A stretch of DNA of 58,683 bases, the filler included, from Sphacelaria rigidula (taxonomy: Eukaryota): the NCBI GenBank assembly GCA_964200075.2. It is 10 parts of 10 records of this genome, joined end to end, with 100 filler letters (N's around TTAATTAATTAA, not from the genome) between each part and the next. Parts side by side here need not be neighbours in the genome. Positions count along the whole stretch, not along the records: positions 1 to 5,779 come from CAXNAA020024528.1; positions 5,880 to 11,658 come from CAXNAA020024529.1; 8 more parts are not named here. One strand, written 5' to 3'. Below are positions 1 to 11,758 of the stretch, in pieces; the stretch's first letter is position 1; every line of letters starts with the position of its first letter. The notes under the pieces were generated by a model. That model did no database searches, was not told the DNA's origin, and saw only the letters and a program-made list of their open reading frames with translations. Made by a program: the position numbers and the translations under genes.

Positions 1-1675
1 ATTAGTGCCTGAAATAGTTTCAGTTCTGAAATGCCCCCAGGCGTAAAAATGCTTTATGCGGTATCTCACCGACCAGACCGCCGAATTCCTCGAATGGGGT
101 ACTGTACGGTAGCTGCATGCACAGAACGTGTGCTCAAGCAAAAAAAAAACGTTGCCTGTTAGGAACGCTAGAGCATCCACTCTGAATCTGAAACTACGTT
201 CTGAATCTCACGAATATAGTGTTGATAGTCAATAAAACAAAATGCCTGAAATATATTTTACATGGAAATAAGGATAAAAACTAATATTAGATAATTTTTA
301 TTTCACACCTAACGGATTATGATAACCATCTTTATGCAAAAAACCTAAATGAACAAAAAAACGAATCCAATAACATTTTTCATATCTTATCCCCGTCCTA
401 TTCAGCTGTCTCTGGCCACCATCTATCTCCTGGTACAGCCATCGTTTTCTCCCTACTCTATAATGCCCCAAACGATTTCATCCCACCTTTGTTCACGTCC
501 CGCATTTCCCGCTCTAGGGGGAGAGAGGGGGGGAAGTAAAAGAATCACATAAAAATGTAGACGAAGGAAAAAATGTTCGTTGCGCTTTTTGCCAAAAAAA
601 AGGGAGGGGGTTACCTTATCACGAAATCGCGGAATTCGTATAATGCACAACGAACACTCTTGTGTTGCGATTTTGTTTGGCTCATCAATCTGGGGTATTC
701 ATGTGTTGCATTCGTACTTACACGATACATGGACCAAAATGTATAAATAGTTGCGGGCTCATGTTGTGGCCCATGGACAGAAATTGCCGTGTCATTGGAT
801 ACCTCGATGTAAACGCGTCAAGTAGATTCGGATATTGTCTTGGATACAGGCAGACCATAGTCGATCCAAGTGAGTACTGGGTCTATACTACACACACACA
901 CAATTCGTATATAGGTACAGTACGCTGGACCCGATGTAATTTGAGTTTTATTTTTTGACGTCGAGTGATCTCGGCTACTGATGTCTTGGACAAAGATTGG
1001 TCATGCTGTGGCAAAATGATGACGACCGGAAATACTTGATCTCCGTGATTAGTCGGCCCATACGAAACTCGAGTAGTTTGCAGGCAGGGACGATAAATCC
1101 AAGTGGTTTGGTCTTCTTCGGTCTAACGTCATGTAGTTTCGGCTTTTTTCTTGGATAAAGGCTGACCATACTGGTGATCCATGTAGTTAGTTTGCCCAAA
1201 AGCAAATCAAGTAAGAGGTACGCCAAAATCTCGTGATTCGGTCTTCTGCAGTCTAAACTCCACTCATTTTGGCCCTAGATTGTGAATTTTGGCCAACAAT
1301 TGAGCATACCTAAATGCACTCAGGGGTACACGGTATTCCCTCGGTACTACCCCTGACCCCCCCCCCCCCCCAAACCGACCAAGTTTCCATTTTCGAGGTC
1401 ATGACATCTTGATTCCAATTCATGGCGGGCCCTGGGAGTTTTGTCTCCAATTAAATACGCCAATGCATACAGGTTGTTAATTATGTCATTAGTCGGTGGC
1501 TCTGCGGTGCCCACTGCTGTATGTGTGTATCTACTCTGCTGCTCTGAATCCCCTTGGCCTTTTCCTTTTGTTGATCATTTAATTTAACTTTTTCTGCTCT
1601 TTTCTCTCCTCTTCTTTTTTTCTTTTGTTTCAAGTCGACCATTTCTCTCTGTGCTTTGCTTTTGTCGACTTTATA

Positions 1676-1685
1676 ATTATTGTTA

Positions 1686-1746
<61 letters not shown>

Positions 1747-1806
1747 GAGCAGTAGTAGTAGTAGTAGTCGTCGTCGTAGTAGTAGTAGTAGTATCATTAT
1801 TATTAT
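1676..1806. repeat. Compound microsatellite (ATT)n-(AGT/CGT)n
   Basis: Directly visible trinucleotide tracts; they produce the spurious poly-Ile/poly-Ser ORFs. Confidence 0.95.
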
Positions 1807-1992
1807 TTTACATCTTAGTCTACTATGTCGCTCTGTACGACTCTTTTTCTGTTTCTTCTCATCTTCAGCGAGTACTTCAATTTTGCTTTTGTTGCGTACG
1901 TCTATCATCCGACCACGACTGGACCCCTGGGGGGTCAGTTAAAGCGCGATAATCAATCAACCAACCAACCAACCAACCAATGCACGCGTCTC

Positions 1993-2029
<37 letters not shown>

Positions 2030-2201
2030 CCAACACCCCACAAAAAAACCCCACACCCCAACAAAAACAACCAAGCACNNNNNNNNNNGGGGGGGCACGT
2101 AAAACCCGCAAATCAACCCACCAACCAACCAACCCACAAATGCCCGCGTCCCCCCCCCCCCCCCCCCCCTCCCCAAAACTGTATTATTAACTACTAAACA
2201 G

Positions 2202-2369
2202 GGCGGGACGACCAACACGGACAATCTGTTCAGCGGTGCGGCGGGGGAAAGTGACACCGTGGTGCTTACGGGAAGGACGGACGGAAATTGGGAAGGAACA
2301 AACGCCGGTGATTTCGATTTTTTGGTGGTCAAGCTCGGTGCTGATGGCGACGAAATATGGCGGTGGCAG
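2202..2369 (+). CDS. Internal exon encoding one beta-propeller (SBBP-like) repeat: GGTTNTDNLFSGAAGESDTVVLTGRTDGNWEGTNAGDFDFLVVKLGADGDEIWRWQ
   Basis: Acceptor ctaaacAG at 2200-2201, donor CAG|gttcgt at 2370; 168 nt, phase 0/0; VVLTGxTxG...DFxVVKLxxDGxExWRWQ blade motif. Confidence 0.75.
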
Positions 2370-2566
2370 GTTCGTCGGTGTTCCGTGTCCACCTACAGTT
2401 GCGGATTGGCGGTTCAATTTAGAGCACTCTGTGATCATGGCAGTCAACATCGAAATCTCGTGCGCCCAAAAATGGACGCGAGCTGTAATTAGGATTCCGC
2501 ATGGCCACCACAACACAGATAATTGTCTGTGGGATCTTGCAGTCTCGTGCAACATTCACCATAAAT

Positions 2567-3020
2567 ACGGATATCCATGGGGGATATCCTTTGGGGATAC
2601 CCATCTTCTAAGGGGGGGGATAGGGTTGGGATATGCATGTTCTTATGGATGTCCCAAATTGATGTCCATATCCATGATGGATATCCGTAATGGTTGTTCA
2701 TATCCTAGATGGATATCCCGATGGAAACCGATCATGGACATCGTCAGAGACGACCCAACACACTCGCGTTGCGCTTGTATTTGGGTAAAAGCGATGTCAA
2801 ACAATATGAATGAGAGTTATAACTCGGGAGCAAGCGCGTTCAAACTACCGCTGCTGCTATCAACGACGGTTGCAAGTAGAATTTCGTGGAAGAAAGCGGC
2901 CCGAAATACCCCCCTCCCCCCTATCGTATAGTAGCATGACTCCCGGGATGGATATTCATCATGGATCTGATATATCGTAGATGAATTCCCTGGATGGATG
3001 GCCATATCCATGATGGATAT
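2567..3020. repeat. Degenerate repeat built of GGATATCC/CCATGATGG palindromes, in two blocks (about 2567-2740 and 2945-3020)
   Basis: Repeated ggatatcc and catatccatgatggatat motifs. Confidence 0.6.
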
Positions 3021-3184
3021 TGCGCGATGATGAAAGCCTCCCAACACCACGATATGGCTATGTGCTGCGAGCTGTATTGCTTCGATCCTCCAAATTATCT
3101 TGAACCCTTCCAGTACCCTGCCGTCATCGGTACGTCAATTGGACGCCGGTTGGCCGAGCCGTTTTCCTTCCGAGGGAAGGGGAC

Positions 3185-3445
3185 GGAGGGGGGTGTACTC
3201 ATGATCTTGCATGGCATAGTCATATGGCCGTTGACCTCGTATTCCTACAAACCCGGGACGGAGCGCGTCGGGTCTTCGCCGGACCATGCCCGAAGACCAT
3301 TGACGGGGAGGGGGAGGCGTACTCATCTCGTGCTTGCCTTAGTCGTGTGACCATTGACCACGCATCCCTTTCGAGACGGAGCAACGGGGGGGGGGGGAGG
3401 GGACTCATTTTTTGCTTGCCTTAGTTGTTTGACCATTGACCATGG
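3185..3445 (+). repeat. Dispersed modular repeat family B (G-run-GTACTCAT...GACCATTGACC); other copies about 6768-6845, 11597-11658, 18060-18136, 34495-34950, 35105-35171, 35272-35510(-), 38400-38760(-), 40976-41049
   Basis: Shared core, e.g. gtactcatgatcatgcatgccatagtc...accattgacctcgcatccctac, in five contigs and both orientations. Confidence 0.85.
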
Positions 3446-4890
3446 GGGCGGGGGGGGGGGGGGGGGGAGGGGATAGTTGTTTTTTTTTAGAGACTTGAGG
3501 CCACTGTTTTTTTATTTTTTAGGTTGCCCCGGGCCANNNNNNNNNNGGGGTGGGTGTTGGGTTGTTTTTTGGGTGGGGGGGGTTGTGGGGGTGGGGGGGG
3601 GGGGGGGGGGGGGGGGGGGGGAGGTGGATGTGATAGTTGTTCTATTATAGAGACCTGATGCCACTGTTTTTTTACTCTTTAGGCTGCCCCGGGCCAATCG
3701 TACCGATAGTCCGATCTTTTCAAGGGTCGGACGAGTGAATGATTAATCTTTTCAAGGGTCGGACGAGTGAATGATTCGTCGGGAAATTACTTGATTGTAG
3801 TGTGATTGGTTCGTACGGATTCGCACCGTACGAATCAATCCTCAGGCTTTGTTTTACTCGTTGCATACCAGGTACGCGCAGGCCAGGCACGTGGAATGGC
3901 GCAAAACATTGCGCGGGGACCTTTTCGACCAGGGGTCAATTTTTTCTCTATTTCGAGCAATCAGGCCCGAAAAATCGTAGATTTGGTGATTCGAACCGGC
4001 GATGATTCGTCCGAACCGTAAATCTTTTTAAAGGTCACGCTGGCTTTGGGAGATGGCAAAAAGGGCTGGGCCTGGGTGGCCTTCGCGTGGTCGTCGGGCG
4101 CATCCTGGCTGTTGGCATGACGACTGCAGCTGTACCGTGTAAATCTAGTTGCCATCCTGATACGGTAGCTCATCACTGACCGTGGCTTTCGCAAGAAACA
4201 TGCTATCGCCGCGCCCCGATGCTGATGCTGATCTGACTGATAAGTTTAGTACCCGTTAGTACGGAGGACTGAGGGTTCGAATATCTGCATGTATATGCGC
4301 TTTTTGTTTTTTTTCTTTCCGATAAAGTATATGATTCCCGCCGTTGAAAAACGTGAGGACTCGAGTAACAAAGAACAGCGAAATTCTGATCCGCGATACG
4401 AACATGTGAGGCGTGCACAGGGGGAGAGATGGGATGGTTGATCCCTGGTTTCAACGGGTTCGTGCAGGGGAAGGAAGGGGGTTGAAAGTGAGAAGAGAAG
4501 ATAAGGAAAAGCATGAGGGGTCGAATATACGAAGCAACGGTAGTTTCTACGCCGGCGTTGCTTTTCTGCCTCTATACTAGGAGCAAAGTAAAAAGTTGCC
4601 GTAGGAAGAAGTCCAACGACCAGGTCGTGAGAGTTGGCACAATTATACCCCTACGAAAAAATACATTCTCTCGAATTTGAAAGGCGGTGCGGGAGTCTGC
4701 TCGAACGTTTGTACTTTCATGTTATTTTTATTTTATTTTATTTTTTCCTCGGCATATTTTTGACCCCCATAGTGTCGGCGGATGAAGTCATACAGTACAA
4801 CAGTATCTCTCTCCCGGTGCATGCCCTGCAATTCGATGTCACGGATCGCATCATGCAGCACTCGGTTGACGTCAGGGTACGGTAGAGGTG

Positions 4891-5232
4891 GCAAAATAGC
4901 GATCGCCCCGGTGGGTCAGTTGGTAACCTCGAAACCTTCTGACGGTCGGGTCGTGGGTTCGAATCTCGGAGCGATCTAGGATTTTTTTCACACCATTCCC
5001 AACAGTGGAGAGCGACTATGTCGTGGGTACACTAAATTCGACTCAATGGTCGACGAGGGAAAAGGACTGCTGAACCCCTCTCGCGATAAAAAATAAATGG
5101 CAAGCACCTCAGACGGAAGTTGAAGTACTACGACGAAAAAAGCTCCTGTGCTGGCCTTCCTGTGTGACCCCGGCTGGTGCGCCCACATATACCGAAAGGT
5201 GTAGACTGGCGCCCAGAATAGATGGGACGACA
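4891..5232 (+). mobile_element. Full-length tRNA-derived SINE (342 bp)
   Basis: Perfect 12-bp TSD ACGGTAGAGGTG at 4879-4890 and 5233-5244; A-box-like TGGGTCAGTTGG and B-box GGTTCGAATC in a tRNA-like head (about 4901-4976); 3' part recurs at about 30530-30660. Confidence 0.85.
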
Positions 5233-5455
5233 ACGGTAGAGGTGCACTTTTTGGGCCAACACTTGTCTGAGGCTGCATACTAAGGCCAAGATATTTGTGA
5301 TTGAGAGGTTTCTACACCGAAGAGCCTCAGCAAAAAAAAAAAAAGCAAGGGTCTACAAAATAAACTCGTTAAGTCGNNNNNNNNNNAAGGCAAAAAAATT
5401 TTTGATGGAAAGGTTTCAACACCAAAAAACCAAAAAAAAAAAAAAAAAAAGCAAG

Positions 5456-5688
5456 GGTCTACACGTTACACTCGTTAAGTTGTTTCACGTCGTGTCGCGT
5501 ATCACGTCAAACGTTAAGCCAGACTAGTACTACGGTAGGGGACGGGGACCATGTGGGGAGCCCCTTTACAAAGTCAAGTCAAATCAGGGCTCCTCACGAG
5601 CGTGTCCCCCCACCGTAGTACTAGCCTGGCTTGACTTTTGACGATTTCTGACGTGAAACGTGAAGGTAACGAGTGTAACGTGTAGACC
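5456..5688. mobile_element. MITE with long TIRs (GGTCTACACGTTACACTCGTTA ... TAACGAGTGTAACGTGTAGACC)
   Basis: Perfect 22-bp terminal inverted repeat plus an inner inverted pair ctagtactacggt/accgtagtactag. Confidence 0.75.
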
Positions 5689-5779
5689 GTTTACGGTTAG
5701 GACAAATCATCACGACTCAAGATCACCAAATTCACGATTTCTTCGGCCTGATTGCCCGAAAGAGGGGAAAAATTTGATC

Positions 5780-5879
5780 NNNNNNNNNNNNNNNNNNNNN
5801 NNNNNNNNNNNNNNNNNNNNNNNTTAATTAATTAANNNNNNNNNNNNNNNNNNNNNNNNNNNNNNNNNNNNNNNNNNNN
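5780..5879. other. Artificial contig linker (N44 + TTAATTAATTAA + N44); same linker at 11659-11758, 17538-17637, 23416-23515, 29294-29393, 35172-35271, 41050-41149, 46928-47027, 52806-52905
   Basis: Nine 100-bp spacers with stops in all six frames separate contigs of 5779/5778 bp in descending length order. Confidence 0.98.
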
Positions 5880-6268
5880 GGAAAGACACAACCCGCCATC
5901 CTAAGTTGAGGATATGCTGATACACGAGCATCACAATGACCCACTGCGGTGGCAATGTACCACTCGCTGTCTGCTTGTCTGCTTGCAGTTCCATTTCTCT
6001 GCTGCTGTTCTATCCATCCCGGCGTATACTACAGGTGTGACTCGAGTCTGTGAGCCAATCAAAAGCAGTTTTCACTACGTAAGTCACTACGAAGGTCGCA
6101 TTCCATTGGCGCTCATTTCAGCCGATTCCTCACTGAAGGGTCTCTGATTGGTTAAATTTCACATGTCACTGCAAAACTTCATCCCCATGTATCGGCGTTG
6201 TGCAGAATATTCCTCGATATGTCGGCGGCATATTTCTGGTCCCTATCCCACGATATATTCCTCAGTTC

Positions 6269-8415
6269 TTATGCACTTCCAATGTCCATCCTGACGATAG
6301 ACCCAGCCACAATGATCACGGCCCGTTTCTCCTCCTCCGAACCGGCAGCTATGACCTGTTGGAGTGCGGGTTCAACAGGCTGACTACTCTCGATCTGGGC
6401 GGTGAGACAGGAGACGCAACGCTCCAGTTCTCGTACCCTGGCACGCATATTGCGAAGTTCAACGTAGGCCGCGATGCCTACCTCGGGCGCAACCACGAAA
6501 GGAACAAGATAGAAGAACTTGCGCTGTCCATCGCATGCAGCCCTCTCGACCCCGCTTATCTTCTCAAGCTTGGCGCCGACTGCGCCGTCCGCCGCCACCG
6601 CCACCGCATCGAAAATTCCCAGCGCTTGCTCCCCGGTGCGCTTGGTGTTTGCTATGGTTCTGGTTTCGCTCATCCAGGATTGAACATTCTCCAGCCCCAC
6701 TACGCGCTCCGCCTCAACGTCCGCAATTACTTTATGGTGTGCTTCTGCAATAGAGTCCGGCTCGGGAGGGATAGGGGGGGGCGTACTCATTTGTTCCTTG
6801 CCTTAGTCGTTCGACCATTGACCAACGGGAGGGATGGGGGGGGAAGTTAACTCAACAGTCGTGGGTGTGCAGCAAACCGGAGGGAGGGACTTTGTCTTAC
6901 GTCTATCACTCGCAATCCTCAGTCGCTCGAGTAAGCGCAACAAAGAATTATTCCAGTTGCATAAGCAATCTGAACTCGATTGATAGTTTTGCACAAGCGC
7001 AGCCGGGCGTATGCCATCACCACCCGCACACGACTCCAGGAATAGCCGAGCCTCTGGAATCTGTGCCGCGCCAAGATGACGCCAGGCATTGCCTTCGCCG
7101 GGTCCTGGTCGATGGTAGGCGAAGCACAGTCGCGATACCGGATCGTGCATCCGACCGCAAGAGGAGCATGTGTTGCATGCGTCGTCGACGACGGGGAACT
7201 GGATGCCACACACATCGCGACAAACCCCCTTATGTATTTTACCCCCCTCATTCTACTCACCGCGGTAGACCCTGCCGGTGCAGAATACACCCTGCAGCTA
7301 TCACGATTGCCAAGGGGACCTTGAGAGCTACTGCATCGCGTCGACGTCCTCCCTTTTTCACCGCGCGCGCGATATTCACCACGATCAGTGTCGGGGGGTG
7401 GTGTCCGGCGGTCGGGATGCCTCATGAGCTCGCTGGCAATCCCGTTCGTAGGCGCCGGCGCTACTTGCTCTTGTTCCGCAGTCGCTAAAGATGAACTGCC
7501 GACACCTTCAACTCGACACCGGTCGACCACAGGGGCGGTAACATATGTAGCCTTCTCCTTTTTCTGCTTCGATTTTGACGGCGACGCGCGTCCAGGAGTT
7601 GGTTGCGAGGTGCATGGTCAGCTTGATCGTGGAAAACTCCCCCGGTGACCCCCGAGTAGGACCCCGTCTTGCGTTGTATGGGGATGCGGATATCGGCGCT
7701 TCCTCTGGAAAGTGTATTGCCAGCAGCTGAACTTCCTTCACCCCGTTTCTGTGCTGCAACACAGCCTTTTGGCTGTTCATGCCATGCTTCCCATGCGCTG
7801 TCAACCTCCGGGTGATTCGTCGCGGTCCTCTTCCATCTCGATGTACGTGTTAGAGCATGCGGGGGTGTACCTTCGCCGGAGTTGGGGGGGGTACGTCTTT
7901 TCTTGGCCTTGATTGACGGAGTTGAAGTCTGCATCTTAACGACTCTACCACCGGCAGCTCCCCCGCTCTTGCGGGGAGTGTTACCCACTTCCTTGAGAGG
8001 CACTGTCGGCGGATTCCATGGTGCCACCTCCCGTATATTGTTTTCCGACGCCGAGGTAGTGGAGATTTTACAAGTCGCGCCTTCCCCGCCCGATCGAAAT
8101 TTGAAGTTGTTACGCTCTGCGCTCGGAAGGTCGTTGCATCTCTCCAACCCCTGTTTTCGTACAGATGCGCCATCAGTGGACGCCATGGACGCATCCGACG
8201 CACTGAAGAGTACAGTCGCCGCATCTTTTCCGTACAAAGGGGAGCTCAACCACTTTTGCGGTTTGACCTCTTCGCCAGCGTGATCCTCGGCGATTTCCCT
8301 CAGATTTTCCACCGGCGCTGTACGTTCGGCGTGCATGATGGAGATCTGCTTTCAACCGCGGATGTGGCATGTGTCGGACGGGATGGCGGCGACAGTGGTG
8401 CAGGCACTTCACCAC
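6269..8415 (-). pseudogene. Probable decayed coding region of unknown family: low-complexity N-part, Cys/His cluster (CNTCSSCGRMHDPVSRLC), coiled-coil-like C-part
   Basis: Chain of overlapping minus-strand ORFs (7485-8336, 6919-7530, 6803-7213, 6269-6790) apparently linked by frameshifts; candidate acceptor ccggacAG at 8416; interrupted by a family-B repeat near 6770-6845. Confidence 0.3.
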
Positions 8416-9274
8416 CTGTCCGGGAGAGACGGAAAACGATGAATGGGCACAACGTGTCCGCCATGTGGTCTAGTTTTTTAGATTGTGAAGGATCGGGGGT
8501 TCGTGTGGAAGGACCATATCCCGAAATGTAGGCATCCTCAATTTCGTTTAAAAGTCACACTCATCAGCGGGAACAAGGGGAAAGCAGTCGACTGCGCTGG
8601 ATCTTCAGCATTCCTACTTCGCGCGGTATTAGTGCATGAGGGATGTTGTGATGCTCATACCTCGAGACCGATTGCGGTGCCGTATCTCACGTTCGGTCTG
8701 CTACGGCCGGCGTCTCAGAAGTGCTCCAGACGTTGCACTCCAACTGTGAGTCTTGGTGTTCTTCTACATGTACGGTTAGCGAATGTGCCGGGGAGTGGAT
8801 GCGAGTAGGTTTGTTCGTCAATACTTTTGATCACAGGTGTCTTCAATCGTGCGGTTATCATGCTGTGCCGTCCAACGATACCGGGGTTTTGGATGCCGCT
8901 CCATCTAATCTCATGGTCACTGCATGCGATCGTCGTACTGTTGTATCTTTCAACTTCACAACTCGAAATCTATGTCGACGTTCGCTCGAACTATCTCGCT
9001 CCACGTAGGGGGGTCGTTGAAACCCGGGTGCATGTTCCCAATATGCGATCGTTGCGAAAAAAAAGGCACCAGGTGGGATTAATACCTTCCTTCATGGAGT
9101 ACATAACCCGCAGAATTACACATAACCCACGGCCGCATGTTGCGCACCGTGAATCCTGATGGCTTCGCCATGACCGTCGTATACACACTACAGTAGGACT
9201 GTACAGTATACAGTATTGTTTCTTCTTGCAGTTGGCGCTGTTCATACCCGAGCACTGCACTTCACAGACTGTAC

Positions 9275-9375
9275 AACACTCTGTACTGCACTGCACTGCA
9301 CTGCACTGCACGAAGTTGTGCAGTTCTGTGCTACACTAGGATGCACGGGACTGTGCTGCACGGGCCTGTACTGTA
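9275..9375. repeat. (CTGCA)n pentanucleotide microsatellite, degenerate at the edges
   Basis: ctgca repeated directly. Confidence 0.8.
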
Positions 9376-10495
9376 CTGGGGTGAACAGCTTGTAGAGCAG
9401 GAAGGGCGCTTCCCACTGCACCCATGTGCTGGTGCGGAGTAAAACTTAAACTTTTTCAAACTTCAGCCACGTCGTTGATTTTGCGGCACTGATGGATTTC
9501 AGTGAATCCTTTTGAAACAGAATTTTTACTTTGTCTGCATAGTGAACAATCCCTCTGTATCTCTACTAGCGGTGTAGGCCGAGCGCCGCGCTCTCCCATA
9601 ACACCGGAGGTCAGGTTGCACGAGGGGGGGGTGGTGGTCACCCTGGGCCGCACAAATTCTGCTCTAACTCGTTGTATACAGCACTGTTGCCGGTGCAACC
9701 TGCGGCACGAACTTTCTGTCTATATATTCACATACCTACTCGTCCACACGTGAGCTCCTTCCGCCTGGGCGATGCTATCTGGGCCGCTGCTGCATGCACA
9801 GCTGATGCGGACCGTCCTTGTGAAATCAGGATATTTGCCATCATCCACCGTTTTTTACCGTTCTTGGGGAGGCGCAACACTGCACACCAGTCGCAGAGTC
9901 AGCCAGACTGTTGCCAGGGTGCATAATCCTCCTCAACACTGGGGAGACCCCAAAACCCCTCGATGATGAAGTGCTCACGCGCAGGTGATCCCTGGGTGGT
10001 CACGGTGTTACTCAATCGTGTGTACTGGTTCAAAAAGGGGGAAAGTAGGATTTCGCCTCAAAACCAACCTGTCACTTCCCGAACCAAAAAATGCGATCTT
10101 GGTTCGGAGATTGAATATAAAAGTTTGGTTCTACCGCTGCCACCCTTAGTTCTCACGCTGCACATTGAGTTTATCCGTCATCTCCCGTGCCTCCAGTCAG
10201 TTCTGGCACGGATGAGGCTGGGCGGTGCTTAGCAGTAAGATAGGTATACCTGTAACGGACTGCACAACTATATCGAAGATAAAGTGATGAGGTGAAAGGC
10301 GTGGAGGGTGCATACGCGGTCTCCTCTTGACCCAACTCAGAAACAGGTACTACTCGTATTTTACTGCAAAGGTACAACGGCATTTGGGATTTGGGTACAA
10401 CAGCCAGTATAATTCAGATTATACTGTAATTGTTCCGCAGCTGTACTTGTACTGACTCTACTGTTGGAGACTGCTAGGGACTTCACATCGAACAG

Positions 10496-10989
10496 ATGTT
10501 CTTCGGCGCTAGGCACCGTGCACTGGCACACCCCGCCGCCGCCATCGCGACAAGCACCACGGGCACATCAAGTCCAGAAGGCCCTACAACGCCAACTTTT
10601 ATTTCTCTACAACCAACCGCCGACATTACCATCACTCATGAAATTGACAATGACGGCGGTGCCCATCTATCGGCCCGCACAAGTGACGAGGACAAGACCC
10701 ACAAACCGTTACCGCGGCGGTTGCGCATGCGGGCGCTAGCGACTCGCGCGGCTGCCTGCGGCGCACGCGCAGCGTTGTTCGTGGGGGTATGCTGTGGATT
10801 TTTTTCGTGGGCTCGACTGCACGCCATGCGGAGCGTGGTTTCACTGGCGAGTAGTACCAGTCGAACGATGGCGTTGGTCAGCGGCATGGACCGGGAACCA
10901 AAGATGGAGAAATTTACTGTGTTGGTGAACACGTTCAAGCGCCCGGTGCAGCTGGAGGGCGCGATTAGGCACTATGCTACTTGCAACGG
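10496..10989 (+). CDS. First exon of a glycosyltransferase family 64 (EXTL2/EPC1-like) type II membrane protein; start codon uncertain
   Basis: Hydrophobic anchor AALFVGVCCGFFSW, then EKFTVLVNTFKRPVQLEGAIRHYATC (GT64 N-terminal motif); donor GG|gtatgt at 10990. Confidence 0.75.
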
Positions 10990-11758
10990 GTATGTAAGCC
11001 ACAGACTATATGTATTACCAACCAACCACGCACCAGGCAGTAATTTGTAATTTGTGACATCCGATGAAGGAACGCACAACGAACTTTCAAGATATATGCA
11101 ACATGACGTATGCGGCAATCATTGAATGTTATCAACTGATACTCTTCCGCACTCCGGTCGGCGACCGTCTGTGGGACTACTGGTCTGAGGGGACGGCTCG
11201 CTGCAACCTCCAGTCCTCCTGTAGACCTGAAGCTTTAGTCGTATATCTATAGCTGTTAGTTTGCTCGAAAATATCAACCATATATATACGACCAAAACTT
11301 CAGATCACCTCACAGCCCGATCAAAACTTTAGGTCGCTTTACGGGCCGTCCCCCTAAAAGTGTCTCTGGCTCACGTAGGACGAACAACAGCAAAAGTGAC
11401 GCAACAAGTAGGTTCTCTGGAACCGTGCAGCCAACCTGTAGTCCGCCTTGTAGTGTGATCGGTCATCCAGGCTTTTTTTTACATTTACACTACCCTGGCA
11501 AAACAAATGCGGCATGGCGACAATATCCGTTAACCCTTGGACCCCGAGCGTCGCTTCGGAACAGTTTCACAGGCTTCCGGGGGTTTCCAGAGGGTGCAGG
11601 GGTGTACTCAGGATCATGCATGCCATAGTCGTAAGACCATTGACCTCGCATCCCTACANNNNNNNNNNNNNNNNNNNNNNNNNNNNNNNNNNNNNNNNNN
11701 NNTTAATTAATTAANNNNNNNNNNNNNNNNNNNNNNNNNNNNNNNNNNNNNNNNNNNN

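Noticed and set aside
1625..1942. Poly-Ile/Ser and poly-Leu ORFs
   Set aside because: Translations of microsatellites.
1960..2175. Apparent duplications around internal N10 gaps (also about 3420-3700, 5310-5460, 40270-40480)
   Set aside because: They look like low-quality, homopolymer-smeared re-reads of the adjacent sequence next to long homopolymer runs, i.e. scaffolding artefacts.
4901..4976. Functional tRNA gene (CTG in the loop)
   Set aside because: Acceptor, anticodon and T stems are non-canonical and the sequence lies within a TSD-flanked SINE.
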